A stretch of DNA of 37,954 nt from Candidatus Lindowbacteria bacterium RIFCSPLOWO2_12_FULL_62_27. Its GTDB lineage: Bacteria; Lindowbacteria; 2-12-FULL-62-27. Below are positions 11,504 to 19,477 of the stretch, one piece after another. The stretch is taken from NCBI GenBank assembly GCA_001784175.1, contig MFPR01000028.1:1-37954 (forward strand). Direction: 5' to 3'. The first letter of the stretch is position 1, and every line of letters begins with the position of its first letter. The notes under the pieces are model-generated. The model saw only the letters and a program-made list of their open reading frames with translations. It did no database searches and had not been told where the DNA came from. The position numbers and the translations under genes were made by a program.

Positions 11504-12415
11504 ATGTTTTTAAAAATCGCGCAAAGGACAGAATGTCGATACAGCCGGCCGGTGGATCGCGCGCGGATCGAGTATCGCGTTTTTCCGGCAAACGACCCGG
11601 ATCAGAGAGTGCTGGGCTTGGAGGTCGGTGTCACGTCGTCAGGCGTGCCCTTGGATGTCGCGGGGCCGGAGGCGGTGTTCATCGACGCGTGGGGGAATCT
11701 CTGCCGCAAAGTCGAATGGTCGCGGCCCATCGATTCGTGGTCTTTCACGGTAGATCTGTTCGTTGAAACCTTGCGGCAAAATCCGTTTGATTTCCCCCTA
11801 TCCGCTGTCCGCCTGCCCATTCCGGCCGATTCCCATGCGTGGCCCGCGGAGGTGCATGGATATATTCGATGGGAGTACGACCCGTGGGATAATGACCCGG
11901 AGGTCAAGGCTTGGGCGATAGCGCAGTCCGCTTCGGAATCGGGCGCTTTCCAAAAAATCCAATTCCTCATGGAGATCATCTCCAAGGAATTCAAATTTTG
12001 CATGGGACGGACAGACGTGAAGACGCCGCCCGGGGAAATTTTGAAACTGAAAATGGGTGTGTGCCAGGATTTCGCAACGCTTCTCATCGCCTCCTCCCGC
12101 GCCCTCGGTCTTCCGGCGCGGTACGTGAGCGGCTACATCTACGAAGGTCCGCGGGCGAAACGGCAGGGGCCGGCGCCGGTCGGGCATGGCTGGGCCGAGA
12201 TATTTTTCCCTGAAATCGGCTGGCGGGGATTCGATCCCTTGAACGGGATTCTCGCGTGTCACAAGCATGTGCGCACCGCGCAGGGTCGATGGTACGCCGA
12301 CGCCGCGCCGGTCATCGGCCGGTTCACCGGTATGGGGGTCGAACAGAACAGCCGGACAGAAATCCACGTTGACATGGCCGATGCTTCCGGCCGGATCGTC
12401 GAGTTAAATGAATGA
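11504..12415 (+). CDS. Transglutaminase-like family protein (bacterial N-terminal domain plus catalytic core)
   Basis: Cys-His-Asp triad motifs GVCQDFA, GHGWAE and GFDPLN, plus ARYVSGY. Confidence 0.9.
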   Translation: MFLKIAQRTECRYSRPVDRARIEYRVFPANDPDQRVLGLEVGVTSSGVPLDVAGPEAVFIDAWGNLCRKVEWSRPIDSWSFTVDLFVETLRQNPFDFPLSAVRLPIPADSHAWPAEVHGYIRWEYDPWDNDPEVKAWAIAQSASESGAFQKIQFLMEIISKEFKFCMGRTDVKTPPGEILKLKMGVCQDFATLLIASSRALGLPARYVSGYIYEGPRAKRQGPAPVGHGWAEIFFPEIGWRGFDPLNGILACHKHVRTAQGRWYADAAPVIGRFTGMGVEQNSRTEIHVDMADASGRIVELNE

Positions 12416-12492
12416 AATGACAGGATAGGGGGTGCGCCGCAGACGGCGACCTCTTGCCGGAAACGGCGCGACAAGCTAATGATTCATCACTT

Positions 12493-13752
12493 ATGCGCAT
12501 CCTGAATCTCCGGTGGGGCCGCTTGGTCGCAGCGCTTGTGTTTTCCGTTTCCGCGCTGTTCGTCTTTGAATCCGCCGCCCACGCCGCCCGGAAAGAGGAG
12601 AAAAAGAAGAGAGAAAAGGACCCCTTCGCCGCGTCTACCGGCGGGTTCATCCTCCAGTCGACCAGCCAGGAGATCCGGCTGGGGCAGGAGGTCAAGCAGC
12701 AGGTGCTGAAGCAGTACAAGCTGTACGAGGACAGCGCGCTCGTGAGTTACGTCCGGCGGATCGGCGCGAAGCTGGCGTCGTACGCGGACCGGCAGAACGT
12801 ACAGTACGAGTTCTACGTGCTGGACGATCCGCTCGTCAACGCCTTCGCGCTGCCGGGCGGCACGATTTTCATCACGCGCGGAATCCTCACGGTCTTCAAC
12901 AACGAGGCGGAACTGGCCGGCGTCCTCGGGCATGAACTTTCCCACGTGGTCGAGCGGCACTCCATGAAACAGATGACGGGCGCGACAGTCCTGGATCTCG
13001 CCTGGAAAGTTTACTCCAAGGGCCAGGCGATGCCGCTCGGCTACCAGATCGGCGCCGACCTTTTGCTGTTCAAACCCTACGGGCGCGGGGACGAGCTGAA
13101 ATCGGACGCGCTCGGGCTGAAGTATTCGTACCTGGCCGGCTATCAGGCGAACGAGGTGGCGCACGTGTTTGAGGAATTCCAGAAGCGCGAGGAATTCCAT
13201 ACACCCGCTTTTTTTCGCAGCCATCCCGTCGACGCCGCGCGCATCAAGCAGATCCGCGAGCTGTGGGACCTGATTCAGACCCGGACCGACTTCAAACCCG
13301 GCGCCGCGCCGCCCGTGACGGGCGCGGAAGCCTACGAGAAGGAAGTCGGCCCGCACAGCTTTCGGATTTTTTTCCCGCAGGTCCGGGCCGCCTACGAGGA
13401 AATGCAGGCGGCGGTGGGCCGCAAGGACCTGGACGGCGTGATGCGCGTGGTGGACAAGAGCTTCAAATCGCGCTGGCTGAATCTGGACCGCGAGAAGCTT
13501 CGCAAGTCGTACGAGCAGAAATTTTCCGCCGCGGACACGATCCAGGCCGCGGTGGAGTTCAGAGAATACCGGTTCCTGGACCGCGACGCGATCAGCGCGC
13601 TGTGCCGCGAGACAGAGACGCGCCGGTATGCGGACGGCCGGACCGAGGAGGACACGCGCGCGCAGGTGGTGTTTTTCGTGAAGCGCGCGGAAAAAGAAAC
13701 GGACGGGCCGCCCTGGCGGCTGGCCCGGATAGAGGAAGAAGGCAAATGGTGA
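12493..13752 (+). CDS. Secreted M48-family zinc metallopeptidase with a C-terminal NTF2/SnoaL-like domain
   Basis: Signal-peptide-like N-terminus ending AHA; VNAFALPGG, HELSH (HExxH), GRGDELKSD and FRSHP. Start placed at ATG 12493 rather than TTG 12454. Confidence 0.85.
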   Translation: MRILNLRWGRLVAALVFSVSALFVFESAAHAARKEEKKKREKDPFAASTGGFILQSTSQEIRLGQEVKQQVLKQYKLYEDSALVSYVRRIGAKLASYADRQNVQYEFYVLDDPLVNAFALPGGTIFITRGILTVFNNEAELAGVLGHELSHVVERHSMKQMTGATVLDLAWKVYSKGQAMPLGYQIGADLLLFKPYGRGDELKSDALGLKYSYLAGYQANEVAHVFEEFQKREEFHTPAFFRSHPVDAARIKQIRELWDLIQTRTDFKPGAAPPVTGAEAYEKEVGPHSFRIFFPQVRAAYEEMQAAVGRKDLDGVMRVVDKSFKSRWLNLDREKLRKSYEQKFSAADTIQAAVEFREYRFLDRDAISALCRETETRRYADGRTEEDTRAQVVFFVKRAEKETDGPPWRLARIEEEGKW

Positions 13753-13788
13753 TCGACCCCTAAATTCAACCACAAAGGAGGACGGGCT

Positions 13789-15801
13789 GTGGCTGACAAC
13801 AATCATCTTGATCAGTTGTGCATCAACACCATCCGGACGCTTTCCATGGACGCGGTCCAGAAGGCCAATTCGGGACACCCGGGCACGCCGATGGCGCTGG
13901 CGCCGGTGGCTCACGTTTTGTATGACCGGTATCTCCGGTTCAACCCCAAAAATCCGAACTGGCCCAACCGCGACCGATTCATTCTTTCGGCGGGCCACGC
14001 GTCGATGCTGCTCTACAGCACCCTGCACATCAACGGATTTGATCTGCCGCTGAACGAACTCAAAAATTTCCGCCAATGGAACAGCAAGGCCCCCGGGCAC
14101 CCCGAGTACGGGATGACGCCGGGCGTCGAAACGACCACGGGACCGCTTGGGCAGGGTGTGGCGAACTCGGTGGGATTCGCGATGGCCCAGAAGTGGCTCG
14201 CGGCCCATTTCAACCGGCCGGGTCACGACATCGTCGATTACCGGATTTTCGCCGTCTGCGGCGACGGATGCATGATGGAGGGCGTGTCGGGTGAGGCCGC
14301 GTCGATTGCGGGACACTTGGGACTCGACAATCTTGTTTGGATTTATGACAACAACCACATCACGATCGAGGGAAACACAGCGCTCGCGTTCACCGAGGAC
14401 GTCGCGGCCCGCTTCATGGCCTACCACTGGAACGTCCAGCGCGTCGGCGACGCCAACGACTTGGACCTTTTGACGAACGCGTTCGGCACGGCGCTCAAGG
14501 AAACCGGTCGGCCCACGCTGATTATCGTCGACAGCCACATCGCCTACGGCGCGCCGAACAAGCAGGACACCTCCGGCGCGCACGGCGAGCCCCTGGGCGA
14601 AGAGGAGATTAAACTGACCAAACAGCGATATGGATGGCCGGCCGACAAGCAGTTCTGGGTGCCGGACGAGGTCGCGGCCCGGATGAATACGATGGCGGAC
14701 CGCGGCCAGAAACTGGAATCGGAGTGGAACCAAAAATTCGAGGCGTATCGGAAGGCCCATCCGGACCTCGCGGAGGAATTCCTCCGGATGCAGAAGGGCG
14801 ACCTGCCGCCCGATTGGGACAAGGACCTGCCGACCTATCCGGCGGACCCGAAGGGCGTGGCGGGCCGGGACTCGTCGAGCAAGACGCTGGCGGCGATCGC
14901 CAAGCGCGTTCCGTATCTGGTGGGCGGCTCGGCGGACCTGACGCCGTCGACGAAGACGCGGATCCCGGACGGCGGGGATTTTCAGAAGGGATCCTACGCC
15001 GGCCGCAACCTGCATTTCGGAATCCGCGAGCACGGCATGGGTTCGATCCTCAACGGCATGGCGCTGTCGAAACTCCGGGTCTACGGCTCGGGCTTTTTGA
15101 TTTTCTCGGATTACTGCCGGCCCACCCTGCGGCTGGCGGGGCTCATGGAGATTCCGGTTCTGCACATCTTCACGCACGATTCGATCGGTGTCGGCGAGGA
15201 TGGCCCCACCCACCAGCCGATCGAACATCTCGTGTCGCTTCGCGCGATCCCGCACCTTGTGGTGATCCGCCCCTGCGATGCCAATGAAACCGTGGAGGCA
15301 TGGCGGTGGATCATGAAAAACAGAACCCATCCCGTCGCGCTCATCCTAAGCCGCCAGGCTCTGCCCACCCTCGATCGGACGAAATTTGCGCCGGCCTCCG
15401 GGCTCCACAAAGGCGCCTACATCCTCGCGGACGGTGGCGGCGCGCCGCAGGTGATCCTGATGTCGACCGGATCCGAAGTCCAGTTCTGCATGGAGGCGCA
15501 CGAGAAACTGAAGGCGGAAGGCATCCGGTCGCGCGTGGTGAGTTTTCCGTCCTACGAGATTTTCGAGATGCAGTCCGAGGATTACCGCAACGAAGTTTTG
15601 CCGCCGGCGTGCCGCAAGCGCGTCGCGGTCGAGGCCGCGTCCACGCTCGGCTGGCGCCGCTATGTCGGCATCTACACCGACGGCGCCGTGATCGGCCGCA
15701 AGGAATTCGGCGCCTCGGCGCCGCTCAAGGAACTGCTCAAACAGTTCGGGTTCACCGCCGACCACGTCGCGGCGGAGGCGAAGGCGCTCCTGAAGGGCTG
15801 A
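13789..15801 (+). CDS. tkt: Transketolase, bacterial/yeast type (670 aa)
   Basis: [59 protein letters not shown] and FGASAP. RBS AAGGAGG lies upstream of the GTG. Confidence 0.97.
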   Translation: MADNNHLDQLCINTIRTLSMDAVQKANSGHPGTPMALAPVAHVLYDRYLRFNPKNPNWPNRDRFILSAGHASMLLYSTLHINGFDLPLNELKNFRQWNSKAPGHPEYGMTPGVETTTGPLGQGVANSVGFAMAQKWLAAHFNRPGHDIVDYRIFAVCGDGCMMEGVSGEAASIAGHLGLDNLVWIYDNNHITIEGNTALAFTEDVAARFMAYHWNVQRVGDANDLDLLTNAFGTALKETGRPTLIIVDSHIAYGAPNKQDTSGAHGEPLGEEEIKLTKQRYGWPADKQFWVPDEVAARMNTMADRGQKLESEWNQKFEAYRKAHPDLAEEFLRMQKGDLPPDWDKDLPTYPADPKGVAGRDSSSKTLAAIAKRVPYLVGGSADLTPSTKTRIPDGGDFQKGSYAGRNLHFGIREHGMGSILNGMALSKLRVYGSGFLIFSDYCRPTLRLAGLMEIPVLHIFTHDSIGVGEDGPTHQPIEHLVSLRAIPHLVVIRPCDANETVEAWRWIMKNRTHPVALILSRQALPTLDRTKFAPASGLHKGAYILADGGGAPQVILMSTGSEVQFCMEAHEKLKAEGIRSRVVSFPSYEIFEMQSEDYRNEVLPPACRKRVAVEAASTLGWRRYVGIYTDGAVIGRKEFGASAPLKELLKQFGFTADHVAAEAKALLKG

Positions 15802-15864
15802 GGGGGTAAAAACTCAGCTTGTTCTCTTGCGCTTGGCGCGGGTCAAAGGCTAAGCTGGGAATTC

Positions 15865-16068
15865 ATGCACCAGTTCACGGGCAAAGTGATCATGATCCTG
15901 ATCATTATTTCCTTTTTCCTGGGCGCTCTCGTCGTGACGTTCAACGACGAGTACACCCTGGAGAAAAACATTCATTCGAACCGGCATTACTACCCGTCCG
16001 TCAAGGTGGGGGAGGAGGCGCGCAAGGCCGGCGACGCTGAGGAGGCCGATCGTGATCAAGGATATTAA
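15865..16068 (+). CDS. Small single-pass membrane protein (67 aa), unknown function
   Basis: Hydrophobic stretch VIMILIIISFFLGALVVTF and GC-rich third codon positions. It overlaps the next gene by 17 nt and contains that gene's RBS. Confidence 0.65.
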   Translation: MHQFTGKVIMILIIISFFLGALVVTFNDEYTLEKNIHSNRHYYPSVKVGEEARKAGDAEEADRDQGY

Positions 16069-19000
16069 TTTCAAATCCCTGGCGGTAAAACTATGGAAGG
16101 ATTTTCTGTACTTTCTCTCCAACCCCATCCCCCTCAGCTTTTCCAAGATGAACACCTATCAGACGTGCGCGTACAAGTACAAACTGATTTATCTCGACCG
16201 GCAGCCCGGCAAGCCCAGCCCGTATCTGGCCTACGGCACGGTGATGCACGACACGCTGTTCGAGTTTGAGAGCATCCCGCGGGGCGTGAAGCGCGACTAC
16301 GCGGACCTCGAGCGGATCTTCCAAAAAAACTGGAACCTCCACTTCGAGTCCTACCGCCGAAAATGGGGCAAAAGCCTGTATGACCTGATCGCCGCCGAGA
16401 AAAACACGCCGGCCGAGGAGCTTGAAAAAGCGGCCTATGACACCGCCGTCATCATGCTGAAAAACTACTGGCGCGACGAGTCCAAAAATCCGAACAAGGT
16501 CCGCTACGTTGAGAAATGGCTCTTCGGCGAGCTGGGCCACTACCACGTGACGGGCCGGCTCGACCGGCTGGACCAGCGGCCGGACGGGCATTACGAGATC
16601 ATCGACTACAAGACCGGCCAGCGCATCTACGACGCCGACACCCTCAAGGACGCATCCCGCGGATACGGCCTTCAGGCCGGTGTCTATTACGAAATGTGCC
16701 GGTCGGCATGGCGCGACCGGGTCGACCGGTTCATTTTCAAATACCTGCAAAAACGGCAGACGCTGATGGAGCATCTGGCTTCGGAGTGGATCGACACTGT
16801 GGTGGGCGCCGCGCGCGGTGCGCTGAGCAGTGCGCCGGAGTCGGCCATTCCCGGCGGCGCGGCGGTGGATCCGGCCGCGCTGACCGCGACGGCACTCCAC
16901 GCGGTGCGGGACAAACTGGAGGAAAAACTTCTGAAAAAAGTTCTGGCCGAGTGCGAAGAGGAACGGGTCCGGAAGGAAGTTCGGAAGATCCGTCTGGAGG
17001 AGGAGCAGGAGATCCTGAACGAGCTGGACGAGGCGGCGCGCCCGACGGCGCGGGTGTTTCTGAAGGCCCTGAACAAGGCGCTGGAGGACCGGATCACCGC
17101 CGAGGTCGATCGGTCGGTCGAGAAACTCGACGATCCCGAAGGCGTCCGCGGCGTGATCCGTGAGGCGCTCAAGGCGCTGGACGAGGGCAGGGTCGGCGAC
17201 TGCGTGTCGGCGTGTGTGAAAAACGTCGAAACGCAGTTCAGGTCTCTGGCGGGCGCCGTCGCATGGCCGAATCTTGCGACACCGGAACGCGAGCGGATCG
17301 TGAACGAGATCATCGAGACGCTGTACCGGCGCGAAATCAAGGACACGTGCGCCGCGTATCTTCAGGCGATGACGCCGGAGAAACTGGCGCGGAGTGCGGA
17401 GGCGGCTCTTTCGGCCGCGCCGGACATCCGCCCCGACCAGCGGCCGGCGCTGATCAGGCACGTGCTCGATACCCTGCGGGCGTCGTTTGCCCGCAGTCTG
17501 GACGCGTACACGCCGGACGAGATCGCCCGCGTTATCGCCGAGTCGACACCGCCGAATTTTCTGACGAGCGAGCACGTCGAGCGCACGAACCGCCTGCTGG
17601 ACCGGCTTGTGACCAGGACCGCCTTGCGGGAGGACAAGGCCGGGAGGAAACTCCCGGACGACGCAATCTCGGCCGCGCGCCGCAACATCATGCTGGCGCC
17701 GCTGGCCGACGTCATCAAACACATCGTCCGCGCCTGCCTCGACGGCGTGATCGCGGACCTGCGGGCGGAGAAATCCAGCGAGCTGACGGCCGCACTTCGC
17801 GGACAGTACCTCGGCGCGCTCCGGGCGCTGGCCGGCCCGCTCTTCGTTCAAACGGCGGCGCGAAAGGTCGCGGTCGCGTACGGCCGTCAGGCGTTTCATG
17901 AGATTTATTATCAAACGGCGGTCGTCCCGGTCGTCGATCACGTCACCCGCCTCTTCGAGCGGCCGGACGTGATGAAAATTTACGCGCAGATTGAGACGGG
18001 CCTGACCGAGCGCGACCGGAAGGCAAAAGCGCAGCGGCTGATCGAGAAGCTCAACTGGACGGATGCGGCGGCTCTGGTGGAGGAGAGTGTACGGCCCGTG
18101 CTCACGGCCTGGGAGGGAGCGCTCCAGGGGATCGCGGCCGGCGCGGTCGAAGAGGCGGTGGCCGCGTCGTTCTCGCCGGCGGACCTCGAGGCCGTCCTGG
18201 ACCGCGCCGCCGAACTTTTTGAAAATCGCCTCGAACGCGTCTGCACGCTCGACGTCGAAGTCCCCTACGCGCCGGAAACGCGCGAGAACGTGATCCGCGC
18301 GATCGAACAGGTGCAGGACGGCATCCGGCGGAACGAATTCTCGACGGCCCGCGGCGCGCTCTGCGGCTGGTGCGAGTATCAGTCCGGCTGTCCGGCCTGG
18401 TGCCGGTACCGGGACATCTGCAAGGACACCTGCAAGGACGAGTACCACTGCAAGCGCTGGTTCGACGAGAAGACCGGCCGGCTGGTGGAGGGCCGGCCGC
18501 CGGACATGACGCACGAGGAGTATCTGCGGCGGATCGAAGCGAAGTACGAAGTCACCGACCGGTCGCTCTTCCGGCTGTCGTTCTCCAAGATGAATTCCTA
18601 TGAGTTGTGCCCGATGAACTACCGCAAACTCTATCTGGACCATGTGTCGCCGAAACCCAAGTCGTTTTTCTCCATCGGCCTTTCATTTCACCAGACCATG
18701 GAGGACCTCTACGCCTACCACGGCCCGCACCAACAGCCGTCGCTGAAGATGCTGCTGGACCTGTTCAGGAAAAAATGGATTTCGGCCGGATACCGCAGCC
18801 GCGAGGAGGAGGATTTCAATTTCCGCCGCGGGCTGCGGATGTGCGAGGACTATTACGAGGCCTACATCGACGGCGCCTACAAGCCGGCGGGCGCCGCCGA
18901 GGATTACTTCGAGTTCAAACTCGGCCGCACGCTCCTCTGCGGATTCATCGACCGCGTCGACATGAACGAGGATGGCAGCATCTCGATCATCGACTATAAG

Positions 19001-19471
19001 ACAAACCCGAAACTCTACACGCAGGAGGAACTCGACGAGGACCAGCAGATGACGATCTACTACCTGGCCGCGCGCGAGGGCAAGCTCGAGAGCGTCAAGT
19101 ACAAGCCGGTCGAGGTCAAACAATTTATTTTTCAGTTCGTCAATTTCTGCAAGGACCTCGTCGCCACGCGCGATGCGTCCTATCTCGGGGCCCTGCAGGA
19201 TCGTGTGCGGCAGTTCACCGAGGAGATGGAGTGGCGGCAAAAGGTCTACAAGGATTCGAAATTCGATCCCCGTGCCGGCATGCTCCTGTTCCCGCCCCAG
19301 GACAACAAATACTGTCAGTCCTGCGACCACCACCATCTCTGCCCGCTCAAGACCGACATGACGCTGACCGGCGAGGTCCAGAAAAAGGGGACGCAGTTTG
19401 AGGATGGCGTGGACGCCAAGGAGTTGGCGGAAGAGTCGACGGATCGTGTCGCGACGTACGATGTTGCCTGA
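16052..19471 (+). CDS. Tandem PD-(D/E)XK nuclease (two RecB/AddB/Cas4-like iron-staple domains) with a large helical insertion in domain 1
   Basis: Domain 1: LSFSKMNTYQTC39, YGTVMH, GRLD171, IID185YK187, Q208xxxY212, C771xxC774x5C780. Domain 2: LSFSKMNSYELC853, IGLSFH, GFID967, IID981YK983, QMTIY, C1088xxC1091x5C1097. RBS GAGGAGG at 16039-16045 precedes GTG 16052. Confidence 0.9.
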   Translation: MIKDINFKSLAVKLWKDFLYFLSNPIPLSFSKMNTYQTCAYKYKLIYLDRQPGKPSPYLAYGTVMHDTLFEFESIPRGVKRDYADLERIFQKNWNLHFESYRRKWGKSLYDLIAAEKNTPAEELEKAAYDTAVIMLKNYWRDESKNPNKVRYVEKWLFGELGHYHVTGRLDRLDQRPDGHYEIIDYKTGQRIYDADTLKDASRGYGLQAGVYYEMCRSAWRDRVDRFIFKYLQKRQTLMEHLASEWIDTVVGAARGALSSAPESAIPGGAAVDPAALTATALHAVRDKLEEKLLKKVLAECEEERVRKEVRKIRLEEEQEILNELDEAARPTARVFLKALNKALEDRITAEVDRSVEKLDDPEGVRGVIREALKALDEGRVGDCVSACVKNVETQFRSLAGAVAWPNLATPERERIVNEIIETLYRREIKDTCAAYLQAMTPEKLARSAEAALSAAPDIRPDQRPALIRHVLDTLRASFARSLDAYTPDEIARVIAESTPPNFLTSEHVERTNRLLDRLVTRTALREDKAGRKLPDDAISAARRNIMLAPLADVIKHIVRACLDGVIADLRAEKSSELTAALRGQYLGALRALAGPLFVQTAARKVAVAYGRQAFHEIYYQTAVVPVVDHVTRLFERPDVMKIYAQIETGLTERDRKAKAQRLIEKLNWTDAAALVEESVRPVLTAWEGALQGIAAGAVEEAVAASFSPADLEAVLDRAAELFENRLERVCTLDVEVPYAPETRENVIRAIEQVQDGIRRNEFSTARGALCGWCEYQSGCPAWCRYRDICKDTCKDEYHCKRWFDEKTGRLVEGRPPDMTHEEYLRRIEAKYEVTDRSLFRLSFSKMNSYELCPMNYRKLYLDHVSPKPKSFFSIGLSFHQTMEDLYAYHGPHQQPSLKMLLDLFRKKWISAGYRSREEEDFNFRRGLRMCEDYYEAYIDGAYKPAGAAEDYFEFKLGRTLLCGFIDRVDMNEDGSISIIDYKTNPKLYTQEELDEDQQMTIYYLAAREGKLESVKYKPVEVKQFIFQFVNFCKDLVATRDASYLGALQDRVRQFTEEMEWRQKVYKDSKFDPRAGMLLFPPQDNKYCQSCDHHHLCPLKTDMTLTGEVQKKGTQFEDGVDAKELAEESTDRVATYDVA

Positions 19472-19477
19472 CCTCTG

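Noticed and set aside
16757-18247. Nuclease insertion as an intein
   Set aside because: There is no N-terminal Cys/Ser splice block, no terminal His-Asn followed by Cys/Ser/Thr, and no LAGLIDADG motif. The insert looks helical rather than Hint-like.
16052-19471. Nuclease as a CRISPR Cas4 or an AddAB/RecB subunit
   Set aside because: The window has no CRISPR array or other cas genes. The protein has no helicase or Walker motifs and no neighbouring helicase gene.
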